From assembly GCA_944322175.1 (NCBI GenBank), contig CALUOB010000002.1, positions 29,078 through 93,077 on the forward strand: a DNA stretch of 64,000 nucleotides. Reading direction: 5' to 3'. The notes beneath the pieces were generated by a model that saw only the letters and a list, made by a program, of their open reading frames with translations, was not told the DNA's origin and made no database searches. The position numbers were made by a program, and so were the translations under genes. Positions 37,325 to 46,397 of this stretch are shown one piece after another. The DNA is from an uncultured Coriobacteriaceae bacterium (GTDB lineage: Bacteria > Actinomycetota > Coriobacteriia > Coriobacteriales > Coriobacteriaceae). Numbering within the stretch: the stretch's first letter is position 1; the number at the start of each line of letters is the position of its first letter.

Positions 37325-38131
37325 ATGTTGAGCACGCTTCGGCAGATCATCCAGGAGAATTGGGAGATGCGCAGCCAGATCTGGCATCTTGCCATAACCG
37401 ACCTGGTTAAGACGTATCGTGGTGCGGCGCTGGGGTGGTTCTGGCTGTTCGCACGCCCCGCAATGTATATCTTCGTTTTCTGGTTCACGCTTTCGCTCGG
37501 TCTGCGCAGCGGCAAGCCTGTTGAGGGCGCCCCTTATATTCTTTGGCTTGCTGCAGGAAGCATGCCTTGGTTCATGATGCAGAGCATGATCGTTACTGGT
37601 GGCAATATCTATCATCGCTTTGGCTACCTGGTGAATCGCATCAAATTCCCCCTCTCGGTCATATCGACTTTCTATGTTGTGTCCCTCATGATTGTGCTTC
37701 TTGCCGAGCTTGCCATCATTGTTGCCCTGTGCCTTGTGTTCGGAGTCCATATATCTCGCTATATCCTTCAGCTTCCGCTCATCCTGGTTGTCATGTTCGT
37801 CTATTGGGTGGCGTTCTCCGTGATGATGTCGCCGCTTACGGCTCTCTCTAAAGATCTGGCGCAGCTTCTCCGCACACTTTCGACGCCGCTTTTCTGGCTT
37901 TCTGGCATTATTTTCCATTTGGACCGTTTGCCCGAGGTTGCTCAGATGGTCATGTGGTTCAACCCGGTCTCGTGGTTCGTTCAGTCGGTTCGCGACTGCT
38001 TCGTGTTCCATACCTGGATTTGGGAGCGACCTGGACAGCTGGGCGCGTTCGTCGCTGTCTTTTTGCTTACAGTGCTCCTTGCGGTACGCAATTACGATCG
38101 CCTGAGCAAGGAGGTCCCCGATGTCATCTAA
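37325..38131 (+). CDS. tagG: Teichoic-acid/glycopolymer ABC exporter permease (ABC-2 type), TagG/TarG
   Basis: 268 aa with 6 TM segments. N-terminal LAITDLVKTYRGAALGWFWLFARP is the typical TagG/ABC-2 start. It overlaps tagH. Confidence 0.85.
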   Translation: MLSTLRQIIQENWEMRSQIWHLAITDLVKTYRGAALGWFWLFARPAMYIFVFWFTLSLGLRSGKPVEGAPYILWLAAGSMPWFMMQSMIVTGGNIYHRFGYLVNRIKFPLSVISTFYVVSLMIVLLAELAIIVALCLVFGVHISRYILQLPLILVVMFVYWVAFSVMMSPLTALSKDLAQLLRTLSTPLFWLSGIIFHLDRLPEVAQMVMWFNPVSWFVQSVRDCFVFHTWIWERPGQLGAFVAVFLLTVLLAVRNYDRLSKEVPDVI

Positions 38132-39014
38132 GAAGCGGGATGTTCCCGAGGCTGAGATCATCCGTGACAATGACAACACTACACCGATTGCAGTGCGGTT
38201 TGAGCATGTTACGAAGACATACAAGCTTTACAAAAGCGATCGCCATCGCCTGTTGAGCGCCCTGACCTCGCGTGTTAAGTGCGACGAGGTTAACGCGAGC
38301 AACGACCTTTCTTTCGTTGTGCATCGTGGCGAGTCGATTGCGCTCTTGGGCGACAATGGCGCTGGCAAGTCCACAGCGCTTAAGATGATCACGGGCGTGT
38401 GCTTCCCCACGACAGGAAAGATCGAGGTCCATGGTCGCGTGTCTGCGCTGCTTGAGCTGGGCGCCGGTTTTGACATGCGTCTGACGGGGCGAGAGAACGT
38501 GCGTCTCCGTGGTCAGATTCTTGGCCTTACGTCGGAGGAGATCGACGAGCTCGAGCCCAAGGTCATTGCGTTCTCCGAGCTTGGCAAGTACATCGATCAG
38601 CCGATGCGCACGTATTCGAGTGGCATGCGAGCACGTCTCGGATTCGCTGTGGCGTCATCGATTAAGCCCGATATTCTTGTTGTAGATGAGGCACTTGCGG
38701 TCGGCGACCGTCGCTTCTCTCTCAAGTGCCGCAGGCGCGTGCGCACCATCATGAAAGACGACAATGTCACCGTGCTGTTTGTGACTCATTCCACTAGGCT
38801 TGCTCGATCGTTCTGCCAGACGGGCGTTGTTCTGGAGCACGGCCACGCCGTGTATGAGGGCGCCATTGACGATGCGGTCAAGTTTTACGAGCACGAGGAT
38901 GATGAACGTCCTCAGAAGCGTCCTCCCAAGAAGCGTGTCTACGAGAAGCGCGATCCTAAGGTTTGTCCCAAGTGGCGCAAGCGGCCGAGGACAAAACGGT
39001 ATCAGGCTTGGTAG
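38121..39014 (+). CDS. tagH: Teichoic-acid/glycopolymer ABC exporter ATP-binding protein, TagH/TarH
   Basis: GDNGAGKST (Walker A), YSSGMRARLGF (the TagH-type signature), ILVVDEAL (Walker B), and a basic C-terminal tail. Confidence 0.85.
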   Translation: MSSKKRDVPEAEIIRDNDNTTPIAVRFEHVTKTYKLYKSDRHRLLSALTSRVKCDEVNASNDLSFVVHRGESIALLGDNGAGKSTALKMITGVCFPTTGKIEVHGRVSALLELGAGFDMRLTGRENVRLRGQILGLTSEEIDELEPKVIAFSELGKYIDQPMRTYSSGMRARLGFAVASSIKPDILVVDEALAVGDRRFSLKCRRRVRTIMKDDNVTVLFVTHSTRLARSFCQTGVVLEHGHAVYEGAIDDAVKFYEHEDDERPQKRPPKKRVYEKRDPKVCPKWRKRPRTKRYQAW

Positions 39015-39273
39015 TTTGGTAAGAGTTACGGGCCATTTGTGGTCTTTTTGATCTTCTGCGTTTCGCTTCTGTTGCTCTTTTGAATAGAAAAACGCAGGCG
39101 CACAGTAGGGGAGTAGTATGGCCTTATCCGATGCGTCGACGGGGGCGGAAGATGCTGTTTTGGTTTGAAGCGGCTGCCCTACTGCTGCAGCGTTTTGCCT
39201 GTGCTGCGGTAACGTGCCACATTCCTTAGATTAAGGGTTTGAGGTACCAAGACTGACGAGAAAGGACTGGCTT

Positions 39274-40005
39274 ATGGCCGACATGATAGAGATTCGCGGG
39301 CTCAACAAGTACTTTGGCGATCTTCACGTGCTGAAGAACATCAACCTGACCGTCAAGGCAGGCGAGAAGGTCGTAGTGATCGGCCCGTCGGGTTCCGGTA
39401 AGTCGACGCTCATCCGCTGCGTCGACTGGCTCGAGGAGCCCACGACCGGCGAGATTATCATCGACGGCCAACTCGTTACCAAGAAGAACCATCTCGAGAT
39501 GGCGCGCAAGTACTCCTCGATGGTGTTTCAGCAGTTCAACCTGTATCCGAACATGACCGTGCTCGGCAACCTCACGCTCGCTCCCATCAAGCTTCAAAAG
39601 AAGAGCAAGGAAGAGGCCAATGCCGCTGCCATGGCGGCGCTCAAGCGCGTTGGTCTCGCTCAGAAGGCGGGAGAGTACCCGCAGAACCTCTCGGGCGGCC
39701 AGCAGCAGCGCGTGGCTATTGCCCGCGCCATGTGCACCAAGCAGCCGATCATCCTCTTCGACGAGCCCACCTCCGCGCTCGATCCCGAGATGATCCAGGA
39801 GGTGCTCGACGTTATGATCGAGCTCGCGCAGGAGAACATCACCATGATCTGCGTGACGCACGAGATGAACTTCGCCAAGCAGGTGGCCGACCGCGTGCTC
39901 TTTATGGACGACGGGCAGATCCTCGAGGAGGGCACGCCCGAGCACTTCTTCACCAACCCTCAGAACCCGCGCTGCAAGGACTTCCTCAACAAGATCCTTC
40001 ACTAG
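39274..40005 (+). CDS. Polar amino-acid ABC transporter ATP-binding protein (GlnQ/ArtP-like)
   Basis: [36 protein letters not shown], and C-terminal [10 protein letters not shown]. Confidence 0.9.
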   Translation: MADMIEIRGLNKYFGDLHVLKNINLTVKAGEKVVVIGPSGSGKSTLIRCVDWLEEPTTGEIIIDGQLVTKKNHLEMARKYSSMVFQQFNLYPNMTVLGNLTLAPIKLQKKSKEEANAAAMAALKRVGLAQKAGEYPQNLSGGQQQRVAIARAMCTKQPIILFDEPTSALDPEMIQEVLDVMIELAQENITMICVTHEMNFAKQVADRVLFMDDGQILEEGTPEHFFTNPQNPRCKDFLNKILH

Positions 40006-40095
40006 CGTTTAGGTTGCGCCGCGCCATACCGCGCCGCGCTGGCAGTCCTTCTCTCCGTAGACGGACGATCGATACCGCATGAAAGGGGTATTGCC

Positions 40096-40947
40096 ATGAA
40101 CAAGATGTCTCGCCGCCAGTTCCTCGGATCGTTTGGTGCCGTTGCCGCAGTTGCAGGCCTTGGCTTGGTTGGCTGCAGCGGCGGAGAGGGCGGATCCGGC
40201 TCCGACTCGGGCTCCAAGATCGAGACCATCAAGAGCCGCGGCAAGCTCAACTGCGGCGTCAAGGCTGATGTTTTGGGCTACGGCTATCTGAACACCGAGA
40301 CCAACGAGTACGAGGGTCTCGAGATCGACCTGTGCTACCAGATTGCCGCCGCCGTGTTTGACGTGAGCTACGACGAGGCCAAGGAGAAGGATCTTTGTGA
40401 CTTTACGACCGTGACGCCCAAGACGCGCGGTCCGCTCATCGACAACGACAGCCTCGACATCGTGTGCGCCACCTACACCATCACGCCTGAGCGCGAGGAG
40501 GATTGGGACTTCTCCGATCCGTACCGCGTTGACCACGTGGGCATCATGGTCATGAAGGACAGCGGCATTTCTGAGATGGCCGATCTCGACGGCAAGCTCA
40601 TCGGCGTGTCGCAGGGCTCCACCACGCGCGACGCCATTCTCACCATGCTCGAGGACGAGGGCATCTCCGCCGAGCCCGAGTTCAACGAGTATCCCGACTA
40701 TCCGTCGATCAACAGCGCGCTCGAGTCGGGCAACGTCGACGCCTTTGCCATGGACCGCTCTACGCTCAACACGTATATGAACGACAAGAAGGAGCTCGTG
40801 CAGCCCGAGATCGAGTTCGGCGAGCAGGAGTACGGCATCGCGACCAAGAAGGGCTCCGACCTTTCGGAGGTCGTGAACGACACGGTTACCGAGCTTCTCT
40901 CGAACGGCTGGCTCGACGAGGAAGCCGAGACTTGGAACCTGCTCTAA
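40096..40947 (+). CDS. Amino-acid ABC transporter substrate-binding lipoprotein (family 3 SBP)
   Basis: Signal with lipobox (GLGLVGC). DIVCATYTITPEREEDWDFSDPY and LIGVSQGST are typical of family 3 SBPs. Confidence 0.85.
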   Translation: MNKMSRRQFLGSFGAVAAVAGLGLVGCSGGEGGSGSDSGSKIETIKSRGKLNCGVKADVLGYGYLNTETNEYEGLEIDLCYQIAAAVFDVSYDEAKEKDLCDFTTVTPKTRGPLIDNDSLDIVCATYTITPEREEDWDFSDPYRVDHVGIMVMKDSGISEMADLDGKLIGVSQGSTTRDAILTMLEDEGISAEPEFNEYPDYPSINSALESGNVDAFAMDRSTLNTYMNDKKELVQPEIEFGEQEYGIATKKGSDLSEVVNDTVTELLSNGWLDEEAETWNLL

Positions 40948-41060
40948 ACGAGTTCTGCTGACGGGGCGCCGCGCTGCGGTGTACCCGTTGGTACCGCCGC
41001 CCGGGCGCATGGCCGCCCGGGCGGCTTGCGAATACTTGCACAAGGAAGGAGAGGAGGGCC

Positions 41061-41807
41061 ATGCTCGAAGGCCTCTTTGACCCCCGGCGCTGGGAAATCA
41101 CCATGGCCGAGATGGGGAGCCTCTGGGAGGGGTTTGGGTTTACGCTGCAGGTTGTTGTGGCGGGCCTTCTGCTCTCCCTCGTGCTGGGAACCATTCTCGG
41201 CGTCTTCTCGACCACCCGCTCCCGGGTGCTCGGTATCATTAGCCGCATCTACGTCGAGTTCTTCCAGAACACGCCGCTGCCCGTTCAGGTGTTCTTCTAC
41301 TACATGGCAGGTCCGCGCGTACTCCAGATGATCACGGGTGCCGAGAGCCCCGTGCGCATCTCGGCGTTTGCGATCGGCGCTCTGGGCGTCGGCCTGTACC
41401 ACGCTGCATACGTTTCGGAGGTTATCCGCACGGGCATCGAGAGCGTGCCGCGCGGTCAGATGGAGGCGGCGCTTTCGCAGGGCTTCACGCGCGTGCAGTC
41501 CTACGCCTACATCATCCTGCCCCAGACGTTCAAGGTGATTCTGCCTCCGCTGTGCAACCAGGCGCTCAACCTGGTGAAGAACACTTCGGTGCTCGCGCTT
41601 ATCGCCGGCGGCGACCTCATGTACAACGCCGACAACTTCGTGTCGACCTACGGCTACCTGCAGGGCTACATTATGGCCTGCGTGCTGTACTTCATCATCT
41701 GCTTCCCGCTCGCGATGCTCGTTCAGTGGCTCGAGCGTCGCTCCAAGCGTCGTCCGCGCGCTAAGAACATCCCCGGCATTACCCCCGAGCCCGCAAAGGA
41801 GGCGTAA
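41061..41807 (+). CDS. Amino-acid ABC transporter permease (His/Glu/Gln/Arg/opine family)
   Basis: Carries the EAA-type loop GQMEAALSQGFTRVQSYAYIILPQ. Confidence 0.85.
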   Translation: MLEGLFDPRRWEITMAEMGSLWEGFGFTLQVVVAGLLLSLVLGTILGVFSTTRSRVLGIISRIYVEFFQNTPLPVQVFFYYMAGPRVLQMITGAESPVRISAFAIGALGVGLYHAAYVSEVIRTGIESVPRGQMEAALSQGFTRVQSYAYIILPQTFKVILPPLCNQALNLVKNTSVLALIAGGDLMYNADNFVSTYGYLQGYIMACVLYFIICFPLAMLVQWLERRSKRRPRAKNIPGITPEPAKEA

Positions 41808-41811
41808 GGCA

Positions 41812-42459
41812 ATGGCGATCTTCACCCCTGCAAACGTCTCGTTTATCATGGCGGGCTTTCTGAAGACCATCGAGATCTCGGTTCTCGCCATCATCTTCTC
41901 GGTGATTCTGGGCACGGTGCTCGCGCTCGTCAAGCAGTACTGCACCGGCAGGCTCAGCGTCTTCAAGTGGCTGGTCAGCGCCTACATCGAGCTCTTCCGC
42001 TGCACGCCCAACCTGCTGTGGATCCTCTTCATCTACTTCACGGTCAAGGGCTCCGACATCTTCATCTCGGTGCTGGCGTTCACGATCTTCACGTCCGCCG
42101 TCATGGCCGAGATCATCCGCGGCGGCCTTAACTCCATCCCCAAGAGCCAGTTCGAGGCGGCCAAGAGCCAGGGCTTCGGGTTCTTCGCGAGCATGCGGCT
42201 CATCATCCTGCCGCAGACGTTCAAGACCATCATCCCAGCGCTCTTCAGCCAGTGCACCACGGTCATCAAGGACTCTTCGTACCTCGCGGGCATCAACGTC
42301 ATGGAGTTCATGTTCTCCGCCAAGGTCGTTATGGGCTACACGAGCGACCTTTCGCAGGTGCTTCTGCTGTACGGATTTGTCTTTGCGCTGTACTTTATCC
42401 TTAACTTCGGTATTTCGCTCATCGTGCGCGCCTACCAGCGTCGCGTGGTGGCGGCGTAA
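41812..42459 (+). CDS. Amino-acid ABC transporter permease (second subunit)
   Basis: Carries the EAA-type loop SQFEAAKSQGFGFFASMRLIILPQ. Confidence 0.85.
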   Translation: MAIFTPANVSFIMAGFLKTIEISVLAIIFSVILGTVLALVKQYCTGRLSVFKWLVSAYIELFRCTPNLLWILFIYFTVKGSDIFISVLAFTIFTSAVMAEIIRGGLNSIPKSQFEAAKSQGFGFFASMRLIILPQTFKTIIPALFSQCTTVIKDSSYLAGINVMEFMFSAKVVMGYTSDLSQVLLLYGFVFALYFILNFGISLIVRAYQRRVVAA

Positions 42460-42526
42460 CGATCGGCAGGTTGTCCCGCGGGTCGGGGCAGCCGGACCCG
42501 CGCCAAAGACGGCGCGGTGAGGAGGA

Positions 42527-43201
42527 GTGGACATGGCTTTGAAGAAGAAGCGCGGCCTGCTCGAGGCGCGCGTCGACGCCGCTGACGCCGAGCGCGCGGG
42601 CCAGCCGGTCGTCATCACCATCGCGCGCGACTTTGGAGCCGAGGGGCACGAGATCGGTAAGATGCTCGCCAACGAACTCGGCATCCCGCTGTACGACAAC
42701 GAGCTTCTGGTGCGCTCTTCCATGCGCGCCGAAGAGGCTATGGACAAGATGGCTGCCTATGACGAGCGCCTGGCTGCCGAGAACCTCGCCTTTTTGCCGG
42801 ATCAGTTTGACGCGCGCACCGTGGCCGACAAGCTCTTTGAGAAGATGACGCAGGTGATTCTCGACCTAGGCTCCACCGAGAGCTGCATCATTGAGGGCAG
42901 GCTTTCTGACTACCTGCTCAGGAAGAACCCCAACCACATCGCCGTGCTGGTAACGGCGCCGCTCGACGACCGTATTGCCATCGTGAGCGAGAAGCGCGGC
43001 ATCTCGCGCAAGAAGGGCGCCAAGCTCGTGAAGAAGATGCAACGCGCCCGCGAGCAGTTCTACAAGCGCTACTCGGCCGGCAAGTGGAAGATGACCGACG
43101 GCAAGGACCTGGTGGTTAACCGTGCCAAGCTCGGCCGCCAGGGCTGCGTCGACGTGATCGCGGCAGCGTACCGCCGCAAGCTCGCGGAGCTCGAGGGGTA
43201 G
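42527..43201 (+). CDS. Cytidylate kinase-like family protein
   Basis: VVITIARDFGAEGHEIGKMLANELGIPLYDNELL matches the characteristic N-terminus of this family (i-t-I-s-R-e-x-G-S-G-G-x-x-I-g-x-x-L-A-x-x-L-g-i-p-x-y-D-x-e-l). Confidence 0.65.
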   Translation: MDMALKKKRGLLEARVDAADAERAGQPVVITIARDFGAEGHEIGKMLANELGIPLYDNELLVRSSMRAEEAMDKMAAYDERLAAENLAFLPDQFDARTVADKLFEKMTQVILDLGSTESCIIEGRLSDYLLRKNPNHIAVLVTAPLDDRIAIVSEKRGISRKKGAKLVKKMQRAREQFYKRYSAGKWKMTDGKDLVVNRAKLGRQGCVDVIAAAYRRKLAELEG

Positions 43202-43284
43202 TCCTTCTCGGGCTTCAGTGCGGGCCCGTAGCTGTCATAGTGTTTTGCCTGGTAGGTCCGGTTGGGAAAAGGTCCCAGCCGGAC

Positions 43285-44460
43285 CTACTCGCGTATCTCG
43301 ATGCCGCCCGCCTGAAGCACGTCGTAGCCGTCGGTGAGGTACACCACGCGGTACGGCTCGTCCATGGTTATCGAGAAGGTCGTGTTGGCAACGTCGTCCG
43401 GGGTGCTTGAGGTGTTTTCTCCCGAGACGTTGGGTGCGGGTGTTGCGCCGTTGGTGGCTGCTGTGGCTACCGGCTCTGCCGTGCGCACCACGGCGCGGTT
43501 GCCGTCGAAGAGCGCGAGCACGGCGTAGTCGGTGCCGCTTTTGGGGTCCTCGAGCAAAAGGGTGTGCGATCCGGTGAAGTCGAGCTGGTTGGTGTAGCCG
43601 GCGAGCAAGAACAGCGCGAGCACGGCGGCGAGCGCACCGCCTACGACGGGCAGCGTGCGCACCGGGGTGCCGACAAGCCCCCGCGTCCCGCGGCGGGCAA
43701 CGCCGTACGCCCAGCTCACCGGGGAGATGTGCAGGACGTAGCGCATGACAAGGCACATGGTGAGCAGGGCGAGCAGGGCGCCGATGACGAGGCTGATCCA
43801 CATGCTCGACTGCGCGCCGCTGGCGAGCAGGGTGAGCCAGACCGGAAGCAGCGTGAGGCTGAGCGTGGCAAAGAGCTGCTGCGGTCGGCTCGGGCAGATG
43901 CGCAGGCGCTTGGGGTGGTCTACGGTCGCCTTGCGCTGGGCGGGGCGGGCGCGGTCCATGCGGGCGAAGCAGACCACGGTGAGCGCAAGGGCGCACAGGG
44001 AGGCGGCGGCAGAGAACCAGGGCGCTTTTCCGCCGTTTGAGAGCACGGCGCATGCAGCAAACGGCGCGGCGTAGAGAAGGACGGTTGCCGCAGCGGGCAG
44101 GGCGCGCTCGCGGGGACGGGCGGATGCGCCGCTGCCGGCGCGACGGCGCTTGCGCTCGCCGCGGGCGCTCTGCTCAAGGTCTCTAATGAGCAGAGACACG
44201 GCAAGCAGGTACACCAGGCAGAGGGCGATGGGTATGAGCACCGTCAGAAAGTCGTTGATCGACACGGTGATGATGCTGGGGTCAAACCTGTAGCGCATGG
44301 CTTCGCCGAGCCTGAAGGCGTAGACGAGCAGGTACGAGAACACGGCGCCCACCGTGCCGATAAGGCCGAGCGCGTCTGCGAGACCGCTTTCGTCCTCGTC
44401 GTCTACCTGCTGTACTGCGGCTCCGTGCTTCTCGGCGCTGTTTTTCTCTGGCTTTGCCAT
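43285..44460 (-). CDS. Hypothetical polytopic membrane protein
   Basis: Start set at the ATG at 44460 (gggagg upstream). Several TM helices, with a C-terminal Thr/Ala-rich segment and a small extracytoplasmic domain. No family recognised. Confidence 0.45.
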   Translation of the reverse strand: MAKPEKNSAEKHGAAVQQVDDEDESGLADALGLIGTVGAVFSYLLVYAFRLGEAMRYRFDPSIITVSINDFLTVLIPIALCLVYLLAVSLLIRDLEQSARGERKRRRAGSGASARPRERALPAAATVLLYAAPFAACAVLSNGGKAPWFSAAASLCALALTVVCFARMDRARPAQRKATVDHPKRLRICPSRPQQLFATLSLTLLPVWLTLLASGAQSSMWISLVIGALLALLTMCLVMRYVLHISPVSWAYGVARRGTRGLVGTPVRTLPVVGGALAAVLALFLLAGYTNQLDFTGSHTLLLEDPKSGTDYAVLALFDGNRAVVRTAEPVATAATNGATPAPNVSGENTSSTPDDVANTTFSITMDEPYRVVYLTDGYDVLQAGGIEIRE

Positions 44461-44647
44461 GGCGTACCTCCCGTGCCAGCGGGCCCGATGCGTGTGCATC
44501 GCAGGCCATTGTGCTCGTTTGAGCGCATATGAACGCGACATAGGGAGAATTCACGCAACGCGAACATTGGGACGGGGTGCCGACCTCTGCCAATACGGAC
44601 GCGCCGGCCTCTGCCAAGACGGGGCCGTTTGGAGGATGCCGCCTCGT

Positions 44648-44689
44648 CCCCTGCCAAATTACGTTGTTATCAGCGTTATTTGGCAGGGG
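44648..44689. repeat. Intergenic palindromic repeat, copy A (12-bp perfect arms)
   Basis: cccctgccaaat (44648-44659) pairs with atttggcagggg (44678-44689). The interior tacgttgttatcagcgtt is related to the other copies. Confidence 0.85.
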
Positions 44690-44744
44690 CGTGTCAAGGT
44701 GTCTGGCCTGCGACTTCCTTCTGTTTGCGCAGGTAGATGGGGTC

Positions 44745-44779
44745 GGCCAAAAAACGCCGTTAACAGCGGATTTTGCCAG
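44745..44779. repeat. Intergenic repeat, copy B
   Basis: ggccaaaaaacgccgttaacagcggattttgccag. It shares GGCCAAAAAACGCCG-TAACAGCG-ATTT-G with copy D. Confidence 0.8.
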
Positions 44780-44824
44780 AGGGCTGTGGGGGGAGTGGGT
44801 GATGGGGTGAAGAGCCGGGCGGCG

Positions 44825-45124
44825 TTAACGTTCCGTCTTCCACGGGTGCGAGGTGAGGTGCCAGCCGTTGCAGTAGGGGCATTTGTAGACGCTCAACCCC
44901 CGACGGCAGTGGTCGGCGCAGGCGGCTGCCGCGTCGAGGGCTTCTCCGCGGGTGGCGTAGCGATTCTTAGAGGCACAGGCTTTTTCGTAACGGGCTTCTT
45001 CGCGGCGGGCGGCGAGGTCGTCTTGGCGGCGCTCTTCGCGGTCAAAGAGGTCGTCAAAGCCGCCGAGGTCCGCGGCAAACGCCTCGCGCTGCCGTGCCTT
45101 TGCCGATGGTTTTCTGCTCGCCAT
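44825..45124 (-). CDS. Small hypothetical protein with a C-terminal CxxC-type knuckle
   Basis: 99-aa ORF with a charged N-terminal half and a C-terminal YKCPYCNGWHLTSH. Flanked by the intergenic repeats. No family recognised. Confidence 0.4.
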   Translation of the reverse strand: MASRKPSAKARQREAFAADLGGFDDLFDREERRQDDLAARREEARYEKACASKNRYATRGEALDAAAACADHCRRGLSVYKCPYCNGWHLTSHPWKTER

Positions 45125-45237
45125 TAATGCCTACCCGTACGTCTGTGCCCTGTTGCCCGAACCGAGGCGGGTTCGGGTGCGGTCACGTCTATTGTGCGTC
45201 TTGGCTGCGATTGGCTCGCTCTCAAGGGACGCCTACA

Positions 45238-45278
45238 TAAAAATGTCCGCAAACCGCCGTTGTTAGCGCTGTTGGGGA
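45238..45278. repeat. Intergenic repeat, degenerate copy E
   Basis: aaaaatgtccgcaaaccgccgttgttagcgctgttgggg is a weaker match to the B/D consensus (ccgccgtt...agcgctgtt). Confidence 0.45.
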
Positions 45279-45387
45279 GAAGGGCCAGTTGGGCGCGGTT
45301 GCCACACGGATGTTTTGCCGTGTGCCATAATACAGAGGTTGCGATACGTGCGCTTGAGTGCGCGGGCGGCGGGCAGTTGGGACACGC

Positions 45388-46260
45388 ATGGACGAGCGGC
45401 GAGACGCGCACATAGCGGTGGAGCTTCTCCCGGGAGGCGATAAGGCTGCGGCGGCTGCCTTGGCAGAGCGGCTGGGTACGAAGCTTGACGTCTCTGCAGA
45501 GGCAGGCGAGAAGTGCCGCGCCGAAAAAGCGGCTCCAGGCGAGAAGCGCCGGGTTGCGGCCGCGATGCCGGGCGACCCTGCACGTGAAGCTCCTCGTGAA
45601 GACGATGCGCCCGAGCTTCTCGCCGTGCGGTTCGGGCCGGCAGGGACGGCGCTGGCGGCGCGGGGCATGGAGCTTTCGGTCGATCTGGCCGACGAGCTTC
45701 CGCGGCTGCGGCAGGCCAACCTGGCGCGCGAGCTTCTCGTCAAAGCGGCGCGCATCAAGGGAGCGGCTCCTGGCGAGCTTACGGCAGTTGACGCCACGGC
45801 GGGTCTGGGCGGTGACGCGCTGCTGCTCGCGGCGGCGGGGTTTACCGTGCAGCTCTTCGAGGCAAATCCTGTCATTGCCGCGCTGCTCGCCGATGCCCTG
45901 CGGCGTGCGGAGCAGGTGCCCGAGCTTGCCAGCATCGTCTCGCGCATGCGTCTGACGGCTTCGGACAGCGTATACGAGCTGGCTCACCTGGGATATCGTC
46001 CCGACGTGGTGTATCTTGACCCGATGTTCCCCGAGCGTCGCAAGAGCGCCGCAGTTAAGAAGCGCTTTCAGCTGCTGCATCTGCTCGAGCAGCCATGCGC
46101 CAACCCCGAGGAGCTGCTCCGGGCGGCGCTTGCGGCGCGCCCGCGCAAAGTTGTGGTCAAGCGGCCGGCAAAAGGCGAGCTTCTCGCAGGGGTGAAGCCG
46201 AGCTATGCCGTGGGCGGCAAGGCCGTGCGCTTTGACGTGATCGTTCCGCCACAGGGGTAG
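45388..46260 (+). CDS. Class I SAM-dependent methyltransferase, RsmJ-like (16S rRNA m2G methyltransferase family)
   Basis: VDATAGLGGDALLLAAAGFTV (SAM-binding loop), VVYLDPMFPERRKSAAVKKRFQ, and VVVKRP..., as in the RsmJ/DUF548 family. Start placed at the ATG at 45388. Confidence 0.65.
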   Translation: MDERRDAHIAVELLPGGDKAAAAALAERLGTKLDVSAEAGEKCRAEKAAPGEKRRVAAAMPGDPAREAPREDDAPELLAVRFGPAGTALAARGMELSVDLADELPRLRQANLARELLVKAARIKGAAPGELTAVDATAGLGGDALLLAAAGFTVQLFEANPVIAALLADALRRAEQVPELASIVSRMRLTASDSVYELAHLGYRPDVVYLDPMFPERRKSAAVKKRFQLLHLLEQPCANPEELLRAALAARPRKVVVKRPAKGELLAGVKPSYAVGGKAVRFDVIVPPQG

Positions 46261-46304
46261 GCGGGCGCAGCAGAGTCGGTTGCGCCGCGGCTCTCAACCC
46301 TCTG

Positions 46305-46338
46305 TGCCATTTTGCGCTGTTAACAGCGGATTTTGTCC
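46305..46338. repeat. Intergenic repeat, copy C, containing a perfect 14-bp palindrome
   Basis: tgccattttgcgctgttaacagcggattttgtcc. cgctgttaacagcg (46315-46328) is a perfect palindrome. Confidence 0.8.
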
Positions 46339-46397
46339 ACCATGCCTGAACTGGCGAAACATTGCGTAGCCGCAGGTGGATGGCCGTAAGGACCGTA

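Noticed and set aside
9250-39250. Integrative element, prophage or ICE
   Set aside because: I found no integrase, recombinase, transposase, relaxase, phage structural gene, flanking tRNA or flanking direct repeats. I report it only as a compositional island.
39015-39273. Possible riboswitch or T-box upstream of the amino-acid ABC operon
   Set aside because: There is only a weak inverted repeat (ctgcgttt ... aaacgcag, about 39057-39107) with a large loop. I could find no recognisable conserved riboswitch core.
39226-42747. Long minus-strand ORFs 39226-40002, 40009-41043, 40944-41966 and 41779-42747
   Set aside because: They are antisense to the four amino-acid ABC transporter genes, which have unambiguous motifs. 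Their composition is typical of shadow ORFs.
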